DNA of 63,322 nt, filler included, from Aduncisulcus paluster (taxonomy: Eukaryota), in the NCBI GenBank assembly GCA_024181965.1. It is 14 parts of 14 records of this genome, joined end to end, with 100 filler letters (N's around TTAATTAATTAA, not from the genome) between each part and the next. Parts side by side here need not be neighbours in the genome. Positions count along the whole stretch, not along the records: positions 18,457 to 29,651 come from BQXS01011886.1; positions 29,752 to 31,632 come from BQXS01011887.1; positions 31,733 to 34,281 come from BQXS01011888.1; 11 more parts are not named here. One strand, given 5' to 3'. Shown here in pieces: positions 21,401 to 34,381 of the stretch. The stretch's first letter is position 1. The number at the start of each line of letters is the position of its first letter. Position numbers and translations under genes: made by a program. The notes under the pieces are model-generated. The model had not been told where the DNA came from. It did no database searches and saw nothing but the letters and a program-made list of their open reading frames with translations.

Positions 21401-24400
21401 TTTCTAATGCTCGTGTCCGCATCAAAAGGCAAGTCCTCATCGCGATAGTCCTCTTCTTCATCTTTATAGTCATCACCATCGTCTTGTAAATGGGAATATA
21501 TCTCTTTCTGATGCAGTTTCCTCTGTTCTTCCGACACTCTCCATTCTTCTTCCTCACGATTCCTTCTCTCAAGACGCTCCTGAGCTGCGATCTCTCTGCG
21601 TTTGTCCTCTTCATCACGTTCTGGCTTGTATTTCTCCCTGATTGTTAGTTCAACCATGGCACGCTTGGCATCTCTCTCTTTTCTCTTCTCACGTCCATCC
21701 CAGGCCAATTTCTGAAGGAATGTCCTCGCATGCATAGAAGCACCCTTATCGAATAAATATGGATGGTTGCAACATTTCTTAAGGGCCATAACGATATTTA
21801 ACAAACTCACACGTCCGCCACTGCCATTGATAAGCGTTCCAGAGTCCTTTTGGAGGATATGGGTGTAGTACCAGCGTTGCAAGGGAGTCAATCCAACTCT
21901 GAGAATCCGTTCCTTCTTTGGAGGCAGAGATTTCTCGACTCTTTCTTTTGTCCGATGTAAAAGAAAAGGTCCAAGGGTCTCATGCAGACGTGTAACACTC
22001 TCAGCTGTCGGTTGTGCGAATTCCCTTTCGAATTCCTCAGGATCATTAAAGGTTCTGGGTTCAATGAAATGAAGCAAGTTCCAGAGCTCAAGGATATTGT
22101 TTTGAAGTGGAGTTCCGGTCACTAACAGCCTAGCCTCGGTTCTGAGATTGTTCAATCCACTGTAGAGAACTGTGCTACTGTTCTTCAGACAATGAGCTTC
22201 ATCAACAACCAAAAGACGCCATTTAAGGTTAGCAAATATTCCTCCCTTGGCTCTTTTGAACATGTCGGGATTAGTAAGGATAACCTGGAATTTCGACATC
22301 AGGAGTTCATTTCCATCCATGTTGATCAGCGTTTTCATCTCATATGCTTCAATAACATCTCTGCTCTTCTTTCCACCTTGATAGGTAATCACGTTGAGCT
22401 CAGGTGCCCAGGTGTGGAACTCTTCAAGCCAATTCTGAACAGTCGACAATGGACACACAACAAGGAAAGGTCCAGGTACGTGACATGTGTAAAATAAGTG
22501 ACAAATGAATGAAATGGTCTGGATAGTCTTCCCAAGACCCATCTCATCAGAGAGAATACAATTGTACACATGGTGCCAATTGTTAGCCATAAAGTTCACT
22601 CCAGCTAACTGATAGGACCTGAGTTCGAGGTTCGGATTATGCTTAAAAAAAGGAAGGTGAGTGTCTCGATAAGGAGAGAAAGGAGGTCTCTCTTTGCCAT
22701 ATGGTAAGAGAGTACCAGAGTAAAGAGAACGGACAGAGAGCTTTCGTTGACCATACATTTGGAGCAGATCAGGACATAATTTCCTGATATCTTCCTCGGA
22801 TTCCCACGTGGCGTCACAATATTCACTATTCCGCCAAAGTATAAGGTATTCAACGACCAATTTCTCAGGCATAGGAGGAAGAGGTTTCATAGTGTATTCT
22901 CTACCTTGTTGTTGCTCCTGATAAGCTGTGAGTTGCTCTTTGTGATTCCATTGACGTGCTTGCATCTCCTTGTACTGTGCCAATTGCTCATCGTTCAGGA
23001 CAGGGGCTTCCCAACCCTTGATTAACTCCTTCAGACGCTCTTCGTCAGCCTCCTGCAAGACGCCAGTCATCTCGTCTTCACCGGCTGTCGTATCCCTCAA
23101 TAAGGGGTCACATACCGTCTGATAGGGCACCATGTGGGGAGGGAGGGGCATGATTGAACGAACTCGACGCTCGACAACACGGATGGGCTCTTTCTTCTCC
23201 AGTTCCTCCATTCTCCTCCTCTCTTGTAGTTCTTCATGATCGCTGCGTGTGAAAGGATCCATTCTATCCAACAATTCAGCCTCTTTGTCACAGCTATTGA
23301 GGTAGTTCATTATTGTACGATAACTTTTTGAAGCCGTAAAGTAGTCTATTATGACCCATTCATTGTGGAAATGGGAGAGACCTTTCCATTTGACAAGGAC
23401 TATGAATATGGGTGGAGACAATGGGGGTAATTCTTCCTCTTCTTCCTCTTCCTCTTCCTCTTCTTTTCCTTCTTCCTTGGAGTTGGTTTGGTCAAGGGTC
23501 TCCTCGGTCTTCTCTGATTTCACAGCTCCCTCAATAATACCTTCTTGAAGATGATCAGTCAACCCTGGTTCTCTCTCTTCCTCTTTGACTACCTGTTCAT
23601 GACTACTTGTTCCATCGGTCTGTTCCCCCTTGACAGCATTCGGCTCCTCTTTGACAGCATAGACATTCTCTGTCTCTTCCTTAACAACCACTTGTTCCTT
23701 AGGACTAGTTTGGGCACCAGACTCAGACTGAACAACGATTCCATCGGCTTTCTCAATTCCATCAGGTTTCTCAATTCCATCAGGTTTCTCAAGTTGTTCA
23801 GGAGGGATCGTTTTGTCAACATTTTGTTCATTAACAGCAGCCTGAGGAGAAGCTATCTCTTGAGAAGCTCCGTAGACATCGTCAACCATTCCATCCCTCT
23901 TCTCATAGAACTCCACAGACTCTCGTTCCTTGGCATCTTCGATATTGGCCACAAAAGAGGCTCGTTGGGCTTCTCTCTGCTCCTCTGCAGCCTTAAGAGG
24001 GGCATAGATTCCTCTGAGATGTTCCACAAGAGTCACATTCTTAGAAGAAGGAAGAGGATATAACATATTGGCACGGGCCTTAGAGAATATGCTCCTCTCT
24101 TGTTCCATTGATGCGTCAATATCCTCACTTTCAGGACTAAGCGAGGGTTTCTTCTTCTTACGGTCTCTCTTGGGTAACTTGCTCCAAACGGTCTCACACA
24201 CAGCCATTGGAGGAGGGGGAAACATCTGCTTGGGCAAATACATAAAGGGGATGAGATCATACGGGTCGGTTATCATCACGTGCTCAAGGACCTTGTCAAT
24301 CCTACGCTCTTTGAGTTCTTGGTCCCACTGGAAATATTCATCCTCGATCTTCTGGCGTTCTTCAAGAGCTTGTTGACGCTCAGGAGCAATGTGATAGATC

Positions 24401-25929
24401 CACTCTTTTCTTTTCTTCTGTTTATCAACTTCATTCGAAGACACGGAAGGAGGAGCAATCTGGTCTTTCGAACCTTTAGCACGGCGAAGACAGAGTTCAT
24501 CCGCAGACGCATCCACAGCATTGTATTTCTGAGTAAAAAGTCTCTTAGGATCCTTTTTGGGTCTTCCTCTCTTTCTTGTTTTCCCTGGAGGTGGTTTCTT
24601 CTTCTTATCTTGGAAGAAGCTTTTATCGATGCTTTGCTTGTTCATCTCCACATATTCCTCATCGTCATCGTCATCAACATCTTCACCAATAATATCATAT
24701 TGGACAGCCGACACAGACCGGCGTGGCCGGGAAGACACACGTCTGTTGGGAGTGACCAAAGTGTCTGCAAGGACATTCTTCCAACGACCTTCAGATTCAT
24801 CGAATCGGCGAACATAACGTTTACGTTGCTTATATACATCGTCATCTCCCATCTCAGAGGATCCAAGAGTTGATGAAGTGGAAGAAGAGGAAGAGGTGAC
24901 GGCAGATTGGAAACCTCCAAATTCTTCACCGGTTGTACCGGTAACGGAGCTTCCAACGGATGGGACATGTGAGCGTCTGCTTTGACGAGTGGAAGAAGAT
25001 CTCCTGCCTCGTTCGGAAGGGGGTACATATTCATCATCATCATCTCCGACAAATTCTCCATCATCGACTTCATCTTCTTCGCTAAACTCATCTTTTTTGC
25101 TAACGGGACGAGCTTGTATGACTTGTTGTTGCTGTAGCAGTTGCTGTTCACGTAGAGTTTTTGCACGATGTTGTTGGAGAAGTACGGCTTGATGATGTTG
25201 CAATTGCTGTAGTTGATGCTGTTGCATAGCGTGTGATGCACCAGTAACAGCTCCTCTAAGCTGGAGGTGGTGTTCCCGTTGCATTTGCTGAATGGCTTGT
25301 TGATGCTGGAAGGAATCATATGAAGATTTGGCAGGCATTCCATGTTGATATCCATAATGGGACATGAATTGCATAGGATGTCTCTGTCCACTCATCATTT
25401 CAACGTATTGTTGTTGCTGGATCTGCTGACCAATTAATTGAGAACGAAACTTACGCCAATATTCTTTCATCTCGTGCATCCACGTAAATACATATGAAAA
25501 TTGAATTCCGGACATAGTGAGAACAGTAGCATGAATAGCAAGCCATTCTTCCTGTTTAGCTGAATCGTAGTGAGCAGTACGACGAATCTCAGTTTTTCTA
25601 GCGGTAACAAGCCTCGACAAAATCTCTTTCATTTCTTCAGAGTGAGAATCTGCTGGAATAGTTGATGTTTCGGGGGCATTTTGGAGCACACGATCCATTT
25701 CTTTCTTATTTGGAAGTCCTTGGATGAATTGAAAGATGTTTTGATTATATTCTTTCATGGTTTGAAGAGTTAAACTTCTCTGAGCAACTGTTTTCTTTAA
25801 TTCTTCCATTTCAGCTTCTGTAGAAGGTGATTTAGAAAATAACTTGAAATGTTGATCTACGAGAATGATAAGACGAGGCGATAATTCCGCCCGTTTTACC
25901 AATAATTCGTAAAACTGTATTTCGTCCAT
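18457..25929 (-). CDS. CHD1: CHD1/2-like chromodomain-helicase chromatin remodeller, 3' partial (probable start MDEIQFY at 25929)
   Basis: Two chromodomains (VLVKWKGLSHFHNEW; YLILWRNSEYCDATWE), SNF2 motifs ILSDEMGLGKT, DEAH, TGTPLQN, LIFSQM, LLSTRAGG and QAQARCHRIGQ, then VLKFGA and a SLIDE-like WTHQHDTELL. Confidence 0.92.
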
Positions 25930-26688
25930 ATCAAATGATATGCGAGTTGGCTTCTCTGAAGAGATTCTACCTGGGCTCAGCAAGAACAATAAGAATATTA
26001 AAATATCACTAAGATATTTTCTAAAATTCAAATAATAGTCAGGATTAATGGGAAGTATTATTGATCTTGAAAAGAAAATGATTTTTATTTTTGGAGTTGA
26101 CTGCTTTGATGGAAGGAAAGCGCTCAGCACTGGACAACTGGATATTTCATTTTTTGATGGGGTGATTACCCAACTTTTCACCTTGGTTATCATTTATAGG
26201 CTCTATTTTGAAGGCATTTTATCATATTATCATTCAAAATCGCTTGAAATGAGTGGGTATTACTCCTAGGTGTAACATTATTCTCAATTGAAGTCAAGCC
26301 ATAAAAATGGTCAAAACACATCCTTTAAATGATAATAATAACCAAGGATCCCCCTAAAAAATCTTAATTGTTGAAATAAACTCTCCCCCTTAGTAAGAAG
26401 CTTAATCTCGGTATTTAGCGGGTAAATAAAACTATACATATTGTGATTTGATTTATTTGCTATTAGAATATAATATTTTTATAAGGATTCAATAGATAGC
26501 GAAAATTAGGAAAATCATTATTTTTCGAGGGAATATAAAATATAAGATTCGTTTCCAACAAAAATAAACATTTTAAAACAAAAATATTGTCCGAATAGAG
26601 CCTTTAATCAGTGATTATTTTCGTGACTCGACGAACAACTAGGAGCAGCTTGTTTTTTGAATAGTTTTTCGACACACATCCGAGGCAT

Positions 26689-29651
26689 ATGCATCAGCTT
26701 GCGCAATGGTATCAAGCCTTGTCTAGAGGAACGTCAACATATTCGTCTAGTACACCTGCTGCTAAACCATTCGTTGATCCTGAAGTCTATTCTGCTGCCA
26801 GGGCTGGTAAGAAGTTCTCTGGACTTTCAAACCAAGGAGCTACTTGCTATTTGAATTCTTTGATCCAAACTTTATTTTTATCTCCCGATTTCCGGAAATT
26901 GGTTTATTCCTTCGAGTTTGATGAATCTAAACATGGTCCCGCCAAGGAATCCATCATTTACCAGCTTCAGCGCCTTTTCGCCCAGATGCAGTTGTTGGAC
27001 ACCCCCTGTAAATCCACAGATCTTACCACTTCTTTTGGATGGGAGGGATCTGATGTGTTTACTCAACATGATGTTCAAGAACTTCAGTTAATTTTATTGG
27101 ATGCCCTCGAAGATACTTTCAAAGGAACCCCACAGGAGGGAATTATCGAACGGATGTTCAGAGGAAAATGTACTGATAAAATTATCTGTTTAGAATGTCA
27201 GACTTCCAGCTCTCGTGATGATGTTTGGTATTCTCTTATTGTTCCCTGTAGGAAGAATCTTCGTCGTGGTATTTTGTCATATACTATCCCTGATGAGCTC
27301 AATGGTGACAACAAATACATGTGTGATACCTGTCAACATAAATGTGATGCTCGTAAAGGAATGATGCTCGAACAACCTCTTCCTCCATTCTTCTTCATGC
27401 AATTGAAACGTTTTGACTATGATCCTCGTACTTGGAACCGTATCAAGGTTAACACTGAGATGTCAATCCCCATGTATACCACTTTCGATGATTTGACCGG
27501 CCGTTTCTGTGTTTCTGATGAAGAAAAGAAATATGCCGAAGAGAAAGGAGAAAAAAGATCTTCATATGGTGGATATGGTGGATGGTATGGTTCTTCCGCT
27601 TACGGTGCTTCTGTTGGAACTTCTACTGGTACTGAGGACGATTGGGACTTTGGAAGAACAACCAAGAGCGAGAATGACAACGATACTGTCCCTGCAGATG
27701 CCGACACTGGTGATCGTGTCGTTCCTACCACCAAGGAAGAGGAGGTTGAGACAGCCGATGTTTCTCACCTTGAAGACATTCCCAAATCCCACCATTCTTA
27801 CTTCCAGGGAACCATGAGGACTGATATGCGTAAAGAAGGAGAGTACGAGCTCTACAGTATCATGCTTCACAATGGTAGTGCCCACGGTGGTCATTACACT
27901 GCCTACGTTAAAGATCTTAGCAGTGGTCGTCGTGATAAGGATTCTTGGTTCTATTTCAATGATAGCAGTGTTTCCAGAGCTTCATTGAGTGACCTTTATG
28001 ATACTTTTGGTGTTAAGGGAGGTTCTCGTAACGCTTACATGATTGCCTACCGTAGAATCGATGCTACAAGAGCTGCTGAAGGTGCACAGATTGAAAAGGA
28101 AATTGAGGAAAGAGAACGTAAATGGGAGGCCCACGTTGCTGAGAAGAAGGCTGCCAAGGCCAAGGCTCTTGGAATTCCTGTGAGTGACCTCACTGAAGAC
28201 CAGATTAACGAGATTGGCGAAATTGATTATTCTGCCGATGCTGATTTTATTCCTCCAATTCACCGTGCTTCAGATTCCTCATACGTTTCTCCCGATCTGA
28301 TCCCCAAGGCTGTTCGTGAAGAGATCGTCCGTATCAAAGAACGCATTGAGACTGAACGTAAACAACGTCAGCTTGAATCCCGTCTGATGTACATCAATGT
28401 TACTACTAACTTACCTCCTAAGGCCTATGAGAATATGGATGAAGATGATATCCAACGCCTCAAGGATCGTAAGGAACAGGTTGAGGCCTATAGTTCCAAC
28501 CATTATTACTCTTACCGTGGAAAATATGAGAAGTTCGACATTGACTATTCCAAATATGTGACCCGCGATGATCTTCCTNNNNNNNNNNNNNNNNNNNNAA
28601 TTGATTATTCTGCCGATGCTGATTTTATTCCTCCAATTCACCGTGCTTCAGATTCCTCATACGTTTCTCCCGATCTGATCCCCAAGGCGGTTCGTGAAGA
28701 GATCGTCCGTATCAAAGAACGCATTGAGACTGAACGTAAACAACGTCAGCTTGAATCCCGTCTGATGTACATCAATGTTACTACTAACTTACCTCCTAAG
28801 GCCTATGAGAATATGGATGAAGATGATATCCAACGCCTCAAGGATCGTAAGGAACAGGTTGAGGCCTATAGTTCCAACCATTATTACTCTTACCGTGGAA
28901 AATATGAGAAGTTCGACATTGACTATTCCAAATATGTGACCCGCGATGATCTTCCTAAGGTTGATGTTACCCAAGAGGTTGATCCTGGTATTATGACCAT
29001 GCCCCGTGATGACTCTGTTCGTATCCGTGTGTTTAAGGATATCCCCATCCGCAAACAACTTCCAACCATCTTCGCTGCCCTTGCCGTTAATGGACATCCC
29101 CTGATCGACCCCAAATTTGTTCGTATCAACATGTGTAAGTTCATTGATGGCCTGACTGTTCCCAGCCAGACTATTTTGTATGGAGATCCCGAGGACTGTG
29201 TCGTTGATCGAATTGAGAGGTTCTCCCGTTATTGTATCAACAGAAAAGGAGATACTTTCACTCCTTACAAGAAGGGTTTCTCTGAGTGGGATTACTCGCT
29301 TGAGGATAAGAGTGGCATCATCAACGATATCTTCAAAGAGGAATGGGTTGCGAAGATTCACTCCCCAGACGAGGATAAATTGATTTCCAAGAGTGATCAA
29401 ACTCTTGATGACCTTGGCATTGAATCCGGAGACTATCTCTTCATCGAGGCTAAGCAATACAAGTTCGTATCCCCCTCACAATTGGAGAACTTCACTCAGC
29501 TCGGCTACCCCTACATCCACTGGCCCTGCACCAACACTGAGCGTCGCCTCATCAAGGAAGAAGAAGCTCGTGACGGACAGTCTTACTACTATACCGCTGC
29601 CAGGAGGGTCAACTACAGACCTCGTGTCCTTCCCGTTATTTTCTATTATCG
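26689..29651 (+). CDS. Ubiquitin C-terminal hydrolase, USP47/USP40-like, 3' partial
   Basis: Cys box GLSNQGATCYLNS, SFGW...QHDVQEL, QLKRFDYD, His box HNGSAHGGHYTAY...WFYFNDSSV. The 378-nt gap duplication (28221-28598) is artefactual. Confidence 0.92.
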
Positions 29652-29751
29652 NNNNNNNNNNNNNNNNNNNNNNNNNNNNNNNNNNNNNNNNNNNNTTAAT
29701 TAATTAANNNNNNNNNNNNNNNNNNNNNNNNNNNNNNNNNNNNNNNNNNNN

Positions 29752-31632
29752 GACAGAAGGAGTTGAATCGGAACAATACCCACAATAAGCATCATCTTGG
29801 TCAATCGCAGTGGAAGTTGACTCATTGCCAGTCGTGATCGTGATGATGTCAGAAAGAGTGAAGAATGGCTTAAATATCTCATCCGTCACTCCACACAGCT
29901 TGTTCTCACTCACGTCCAAGGAAGTCAACTCGGAGAACTGGAACAGCAGAGAGATGTCTGTCAGAGAATTGTTCGACAGATCTAATGACTGTAGAGAGGA
30001 TAGAGATGAAACATCGAACAGTGAAGAATCAGTCAGCCCAATGTTGGATGCACTCAGAGAGATCAATGATGAGGACAATGGAATAAGGGAAGATAAATCA
30101 GTGAAGGATGAACACCCACTGATGTCAAGGGACAAGAGTGAGGATGGCAGACAGAAGGAAGAAGAGGAACAAGATGTGGAAGAAGAGAGGGAAAAAGATG
30201 TGTTGTTCCGCAAAGAGAGTATTGTAAGATGTGAGAACTGGGAGAAATCTGTATCTATACCCACACTAACATCAAGAGAATCCATCTTCAACGTAGTCAA
30301 AGAAGAGCTTGGAATGTAGGAAACAGAAATAGTGCCAGCAATATTAGCTCCACTCACATCAAGATATTGCAACTTTGAAAGGTTGGACAATTCCATCAAG
30401 AGATATGAAGCAGGCTTTGACTCATCCAAAGACAATCCACTCAGATCTAGACTCTCCAAGTTTGTTGCAAAGCGTAACCCTGAGATGTCCGAGAGACCAG
30501 ATGACGACAGATCAAGACCAATGATATCAAGCACTTCAGTAGGAGTCAGTTCATTTCTGACACATTCAATGCTTGCTCCTTCAGATACCTGCACAATGGA
30601 AGAATCATTACGGTTTGCACAGATGAACTCTTCAAGTGAATCATATGCGAGATATTCACAGATGTCTCCTTCATATCCATCAGAACAGGAACAGACATGA
30701 GTTGAAGTGTCACATGTTCCATACTCATAAACTTCACTACACATGGAGATTTCATCATCAACAGTAATGATGGCACATTCGTGCTCACACGACGTCACAT
30801 CACCATACCAACCCTCGATGCAAGATGTTTCTGTGCCATCAATGCTACAACACTCAACATTCACATTATCCATGGATGAGTTCACACAAGATGGGAATGT
30901 GTCAGGAGGAGTGTAGTTATCCGATTCATCAAGATATGACACACATGAACTTGAAGATTCATCTCCATTATCTACTTTGTAACTATACAGATTACACTCC
31001 ACACTCCATTGTTCGTGGGAAGTAGTGGTTGTGGTCACTCCACCAGAGCCATCGTCTGCTTCAACAGTTTCCGTCCAATCCCACACTTTACGACAGATCG
31101 TGTTGGAGGAAAGAGACGCGGCAGAAGAAGTATCTGAACAATGAATAACGGGATCACCAGCAGTCTCAGAGGATGAACAGAAACCACAGGAAGAAGTGTC
31201 CTGTGAGGAAGATGTGATGCAAGGAGGATTAGCACTTGCATCAGCTTCAGGGAAGAAATCATACAATGCAGAACCATCATCATAATCAACTCCATCAAGA
31301 CAGATGGAATTGTAACTGATGTCGAGTGTGGCCAAGTCACCATTCAGATGATATAAAGGAGAGATGTCAACAAGGGAATTGTGTGCAACATTCAACTCAT
31401 CGAGAGCAAGATGCACAATGGATAAGAGATCGGAATCTACAAGACCCAGGGAGGCAAGGCCTAAGGAGGAAATGGAAGAGAAACTCACAAGAATGGATGG
31501 ATCAAACAATGAAGTCGTTTCTGCAACATCATCATACAACGACACACCATTCATTATCAGCTCCGTCAACGAAACATTGGTAGAGTCGGCAGCAACAAGA
31601 AGAGCACTAACATCAATAATGGATGTTTCGGC
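29752..31632 (-). CDS. LRR + Cys-rich/EGF-like surface protein, partial at both ends
   Basis: LxxLxLxxN repeats (LQSLDLSNNSLTDISLL, LTSLDVSENKLC) alternate with Cys-rich blocks including EGF-like GTCDTSTHVCSCSDGYEGDICE. Confidence 0.85.
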
Positions 31633-31732
31633 NNNNNNNNNNNNNNNNNNNNNNNNNNNNNNNNNNNNNNNNNNNNTTAATTAATTAANNNNNNNNNNNN
31701 NNNNNNNNNNNNNNNNNNNNNNNNNNNNNNNN

Positions 31733-31852
31733 CCAACACCTCACCGTGTCATATTGATTGAATTATGTGACTGGAATGATGTTACTGAGGGTCAGCATTC
31801 CCTCGTCCATGCCAAGATTGTCAAACAGGATCCCATGTGGATCACAGTGTGA
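31733..31852 (+). CDS. Possible 3' end of a gene truncated at the contig start
   Basis: Frame open from the contig edge: PTPHRVILIELCDWNDVTEGQHSLVHAKIVKQDPMWITV*. Confidence 0.3.
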   Translation, partial: PTPHRVILIELCDWNDVTEGQHSLVHAKIVKQDPMWITV

Positions 31853-32547
31853 TGATCACACTCGATTTACTTAAGTAATTTCCGGACTTTGGATTGGTTT
31901 TGAAAACGTAAAATTACTGATGATACTAGCTATCATATCTCAACAAACATGATGTTTGTGGGATAGACATTGATTGATATGTTTGTGGGATAGGCATTGC
32001 CAACTTGGCAATGGAGTCATTTAAGCCTTTTTTTTGTCGAAAAATGCATCCGCCGTTTGTCGAATAGGATTGATCTCCTTCACATTAGGATCGTTACAAC
32101 AGTGAACTTCAAGTCCAAGCAACCTGATGATCGAGGTTTCACCATCGAATAAATAATAATGTCGGGTTATAGTGGAAAGGATAACACGGGATGAATATAT
32201 CCTTATCTAGGACATTGAAACCACGCAGCTATATTGAAATAACCATTGTCGCGAATGATATAAAACACACAGTCGGCAACTTGTGGACAACACCACCATG
32301 TAATCGATGATCGAATCGTTTGCTGGATTGATAACAAGATATTGTTAAGAATATCATTATATCAATATTTATTCCAACATTAGAAAATGTATATCACATT
32401 TTTCTCATCCAAAACACACTAATATCAACTAAAAGGGTTTCAATTCACACGATCTGATCTTTCTTGCCATATACTGTGATATATATCTATTTGACAGTTT
32501 TCTTTATTATCACGACTGTATTTCAATTGTAATAATCCCTCCTTTTT

Positions 32548-34281
32548 ATGGATCAAAGTGCAACAAGTGCCTCTAATCTAAGTGCAAAGGCTTCCATCCC
32601 GCCTGCTTCGCGAACACCAAATCCTCCAAAGCTTATACAATATCCGCTCACGCAAGGTGTGTCTTCGCCCGAAGAAATCCACCCCATTACAGCCTCTATC
32701 CCTTCTGTTACTATCGGCAGTCCTCGAGCCCAATCCACCCCATTTTCCCCTCCCTTGAGTGGTCATGCATCTTCTAAATGTATTCGTCAACAACAACGTC
32801 CGAATACTCCCCTCAATAATGCTGTGGACACGTCCCTTAACCCTTCGAACGTATCCGATCAGAAACGTCCGTCCACTCAACCTGTTCCCCCCAGTGCCAT
32901 GCATTCCCAGATGCGAATATCATCCCATCCAACACCCCCCTTTGCCCTATCCTATGGCCACAAATATCCAGCTACTCGCTCAAGGCCTACTGTCCATGAT
33001 CCCATTGAAGAAGATTTCAAACCTTTCACGATCCCCATGTCTCGTTCTTTCCCTGCCCTTGGAGGTCATCCTCTCCCTACTACTCACTCACCTTCTAATC
33101 CAGGCACCCTCTCTTCCTCAATGCGTCGTAGGATCTCTCTGACACTGCACGGTGAAGGTAGCAAGGTTAGGAGTGCCGATATCCTTGCTAACGAGGGAAT
33201 TCCTGTGACGTCTCGTGCCAAAGTGAAGCGATATCGCACGAAACGAGACCTTGAGATGCATTTGATAGCAGAAGCTAGCCGAGCAGCCCGCATGTGTAAT
33301 CTCTCTCCTTATGCCGGAAAAGATGGCATCTCTTCGTCTCGACCGTTTTTAACCGGTGATGTCGATGTATCCAGCCGTATTGTTCCATCCTCAGCCCCAT
33401 CCACTTCAGCTTACTCCACTGTAAACTCTTACAAATACTCCCCTGCCAAGAGAGGAGCCCATCCATCATATTCATTCCTTAAGGGTCCCACGCCTTTGTT
33501 TACACATGATGGAAGCCCTGAGTCCTTGTGTATTCGTCTTGCGTCAGAGTCAGATATGCCTGTTGCTCCTCCATCGATCATCGAAGGGCGAGTGTGTGCA
33601 TCCGCTCGTCTTTACACTTCCCATGGCTCTTGTTCAAGCTCTGAAAGAGGGCTATCATCGGGACCTCGAATGCTTCCATCCCAGGGTAACAATCAAGGCC
33701 TGCCCGTGCGTTCGATGTCAACAGGCACTCTCTCGTCAAGCATAAGAGGTAGAGGTAGGACTCATCCATCGTCTGTAAATACTGTCTTATCTGGATATAA
33801 GGTCCCACATAAAAAACATCCAACTTCACCTAGAGAACAAGAGGGACATCATCATGGCTCATCATCCTCAAGGAGTACTGTAGCGAACAAGTCTGGCACT
33901 TCTCCTGTTCAATCTGTACTATCACAATCACACTCACAATCACAATCACAATCACACTCACACTCACACTCACACTTACAATCGGGTAGCTATCATAGGA
34001 GACAAAGATCAACAGGGATGAAATCTCATACTAAGACCACGACACATTCTGCAAGACAGAACGGAGGCAAGAAGTCTCTTAAATCGTCGATATCAACAAC
34101 ATCACACACACATCGTGCGGCTACAAGTTCCAATTCCCCACTTGCGCGCAATTCCCCACTTGCGCGCAATTCCCCACTTGCGCGTACTTCATACCGATCC
34201 CAAATAGGTTCCAAGACTCAATCTTCTATAAATAGATCTCCCGAGGGCGTTGCGCGTGATCCCTATGGCTCCACTCGTTTG
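32548..34281 (+). CDS. Ser/Pro/His-rich, probably disordered hypothetical protein, 3' partial
   Basis: ~578-codon ORF from ATG to contig end with (SQ/SH)n and (NSPLAR)x3 repeats. Confidence 0.7.
34131..34185 (+). repeat. 18-bp coding tandem repeat x3
   Basis: CAATTCCCCACTTGCGCG x3 encoding NSPLAR. Confidence 0.9.
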
Positions 34282-34381
34282 NNNNNNNNNNNNNNNNNNN
34301 NNNNNNNNNNNNNNNNNNNNNNNNNTTAATTAATTAANNNNNNNNNNNNNNNNNNNNNNNNNNNNNNNNNNNNNNNNNNNN

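Noticed and set aside
18533..25391. Many antisense and alternative-frame ORFs over CHD and other genes
   Set aside because: Shadow ORFs produced by GAA/TCT-rich low-complexity coding sequence.
25930..26193. 88-aa N-terminal extension of CHD
   Set aside because: AT-rich, I/F/L-biased and UTR-like; MDEIQFY is the likelier start, though unproven.
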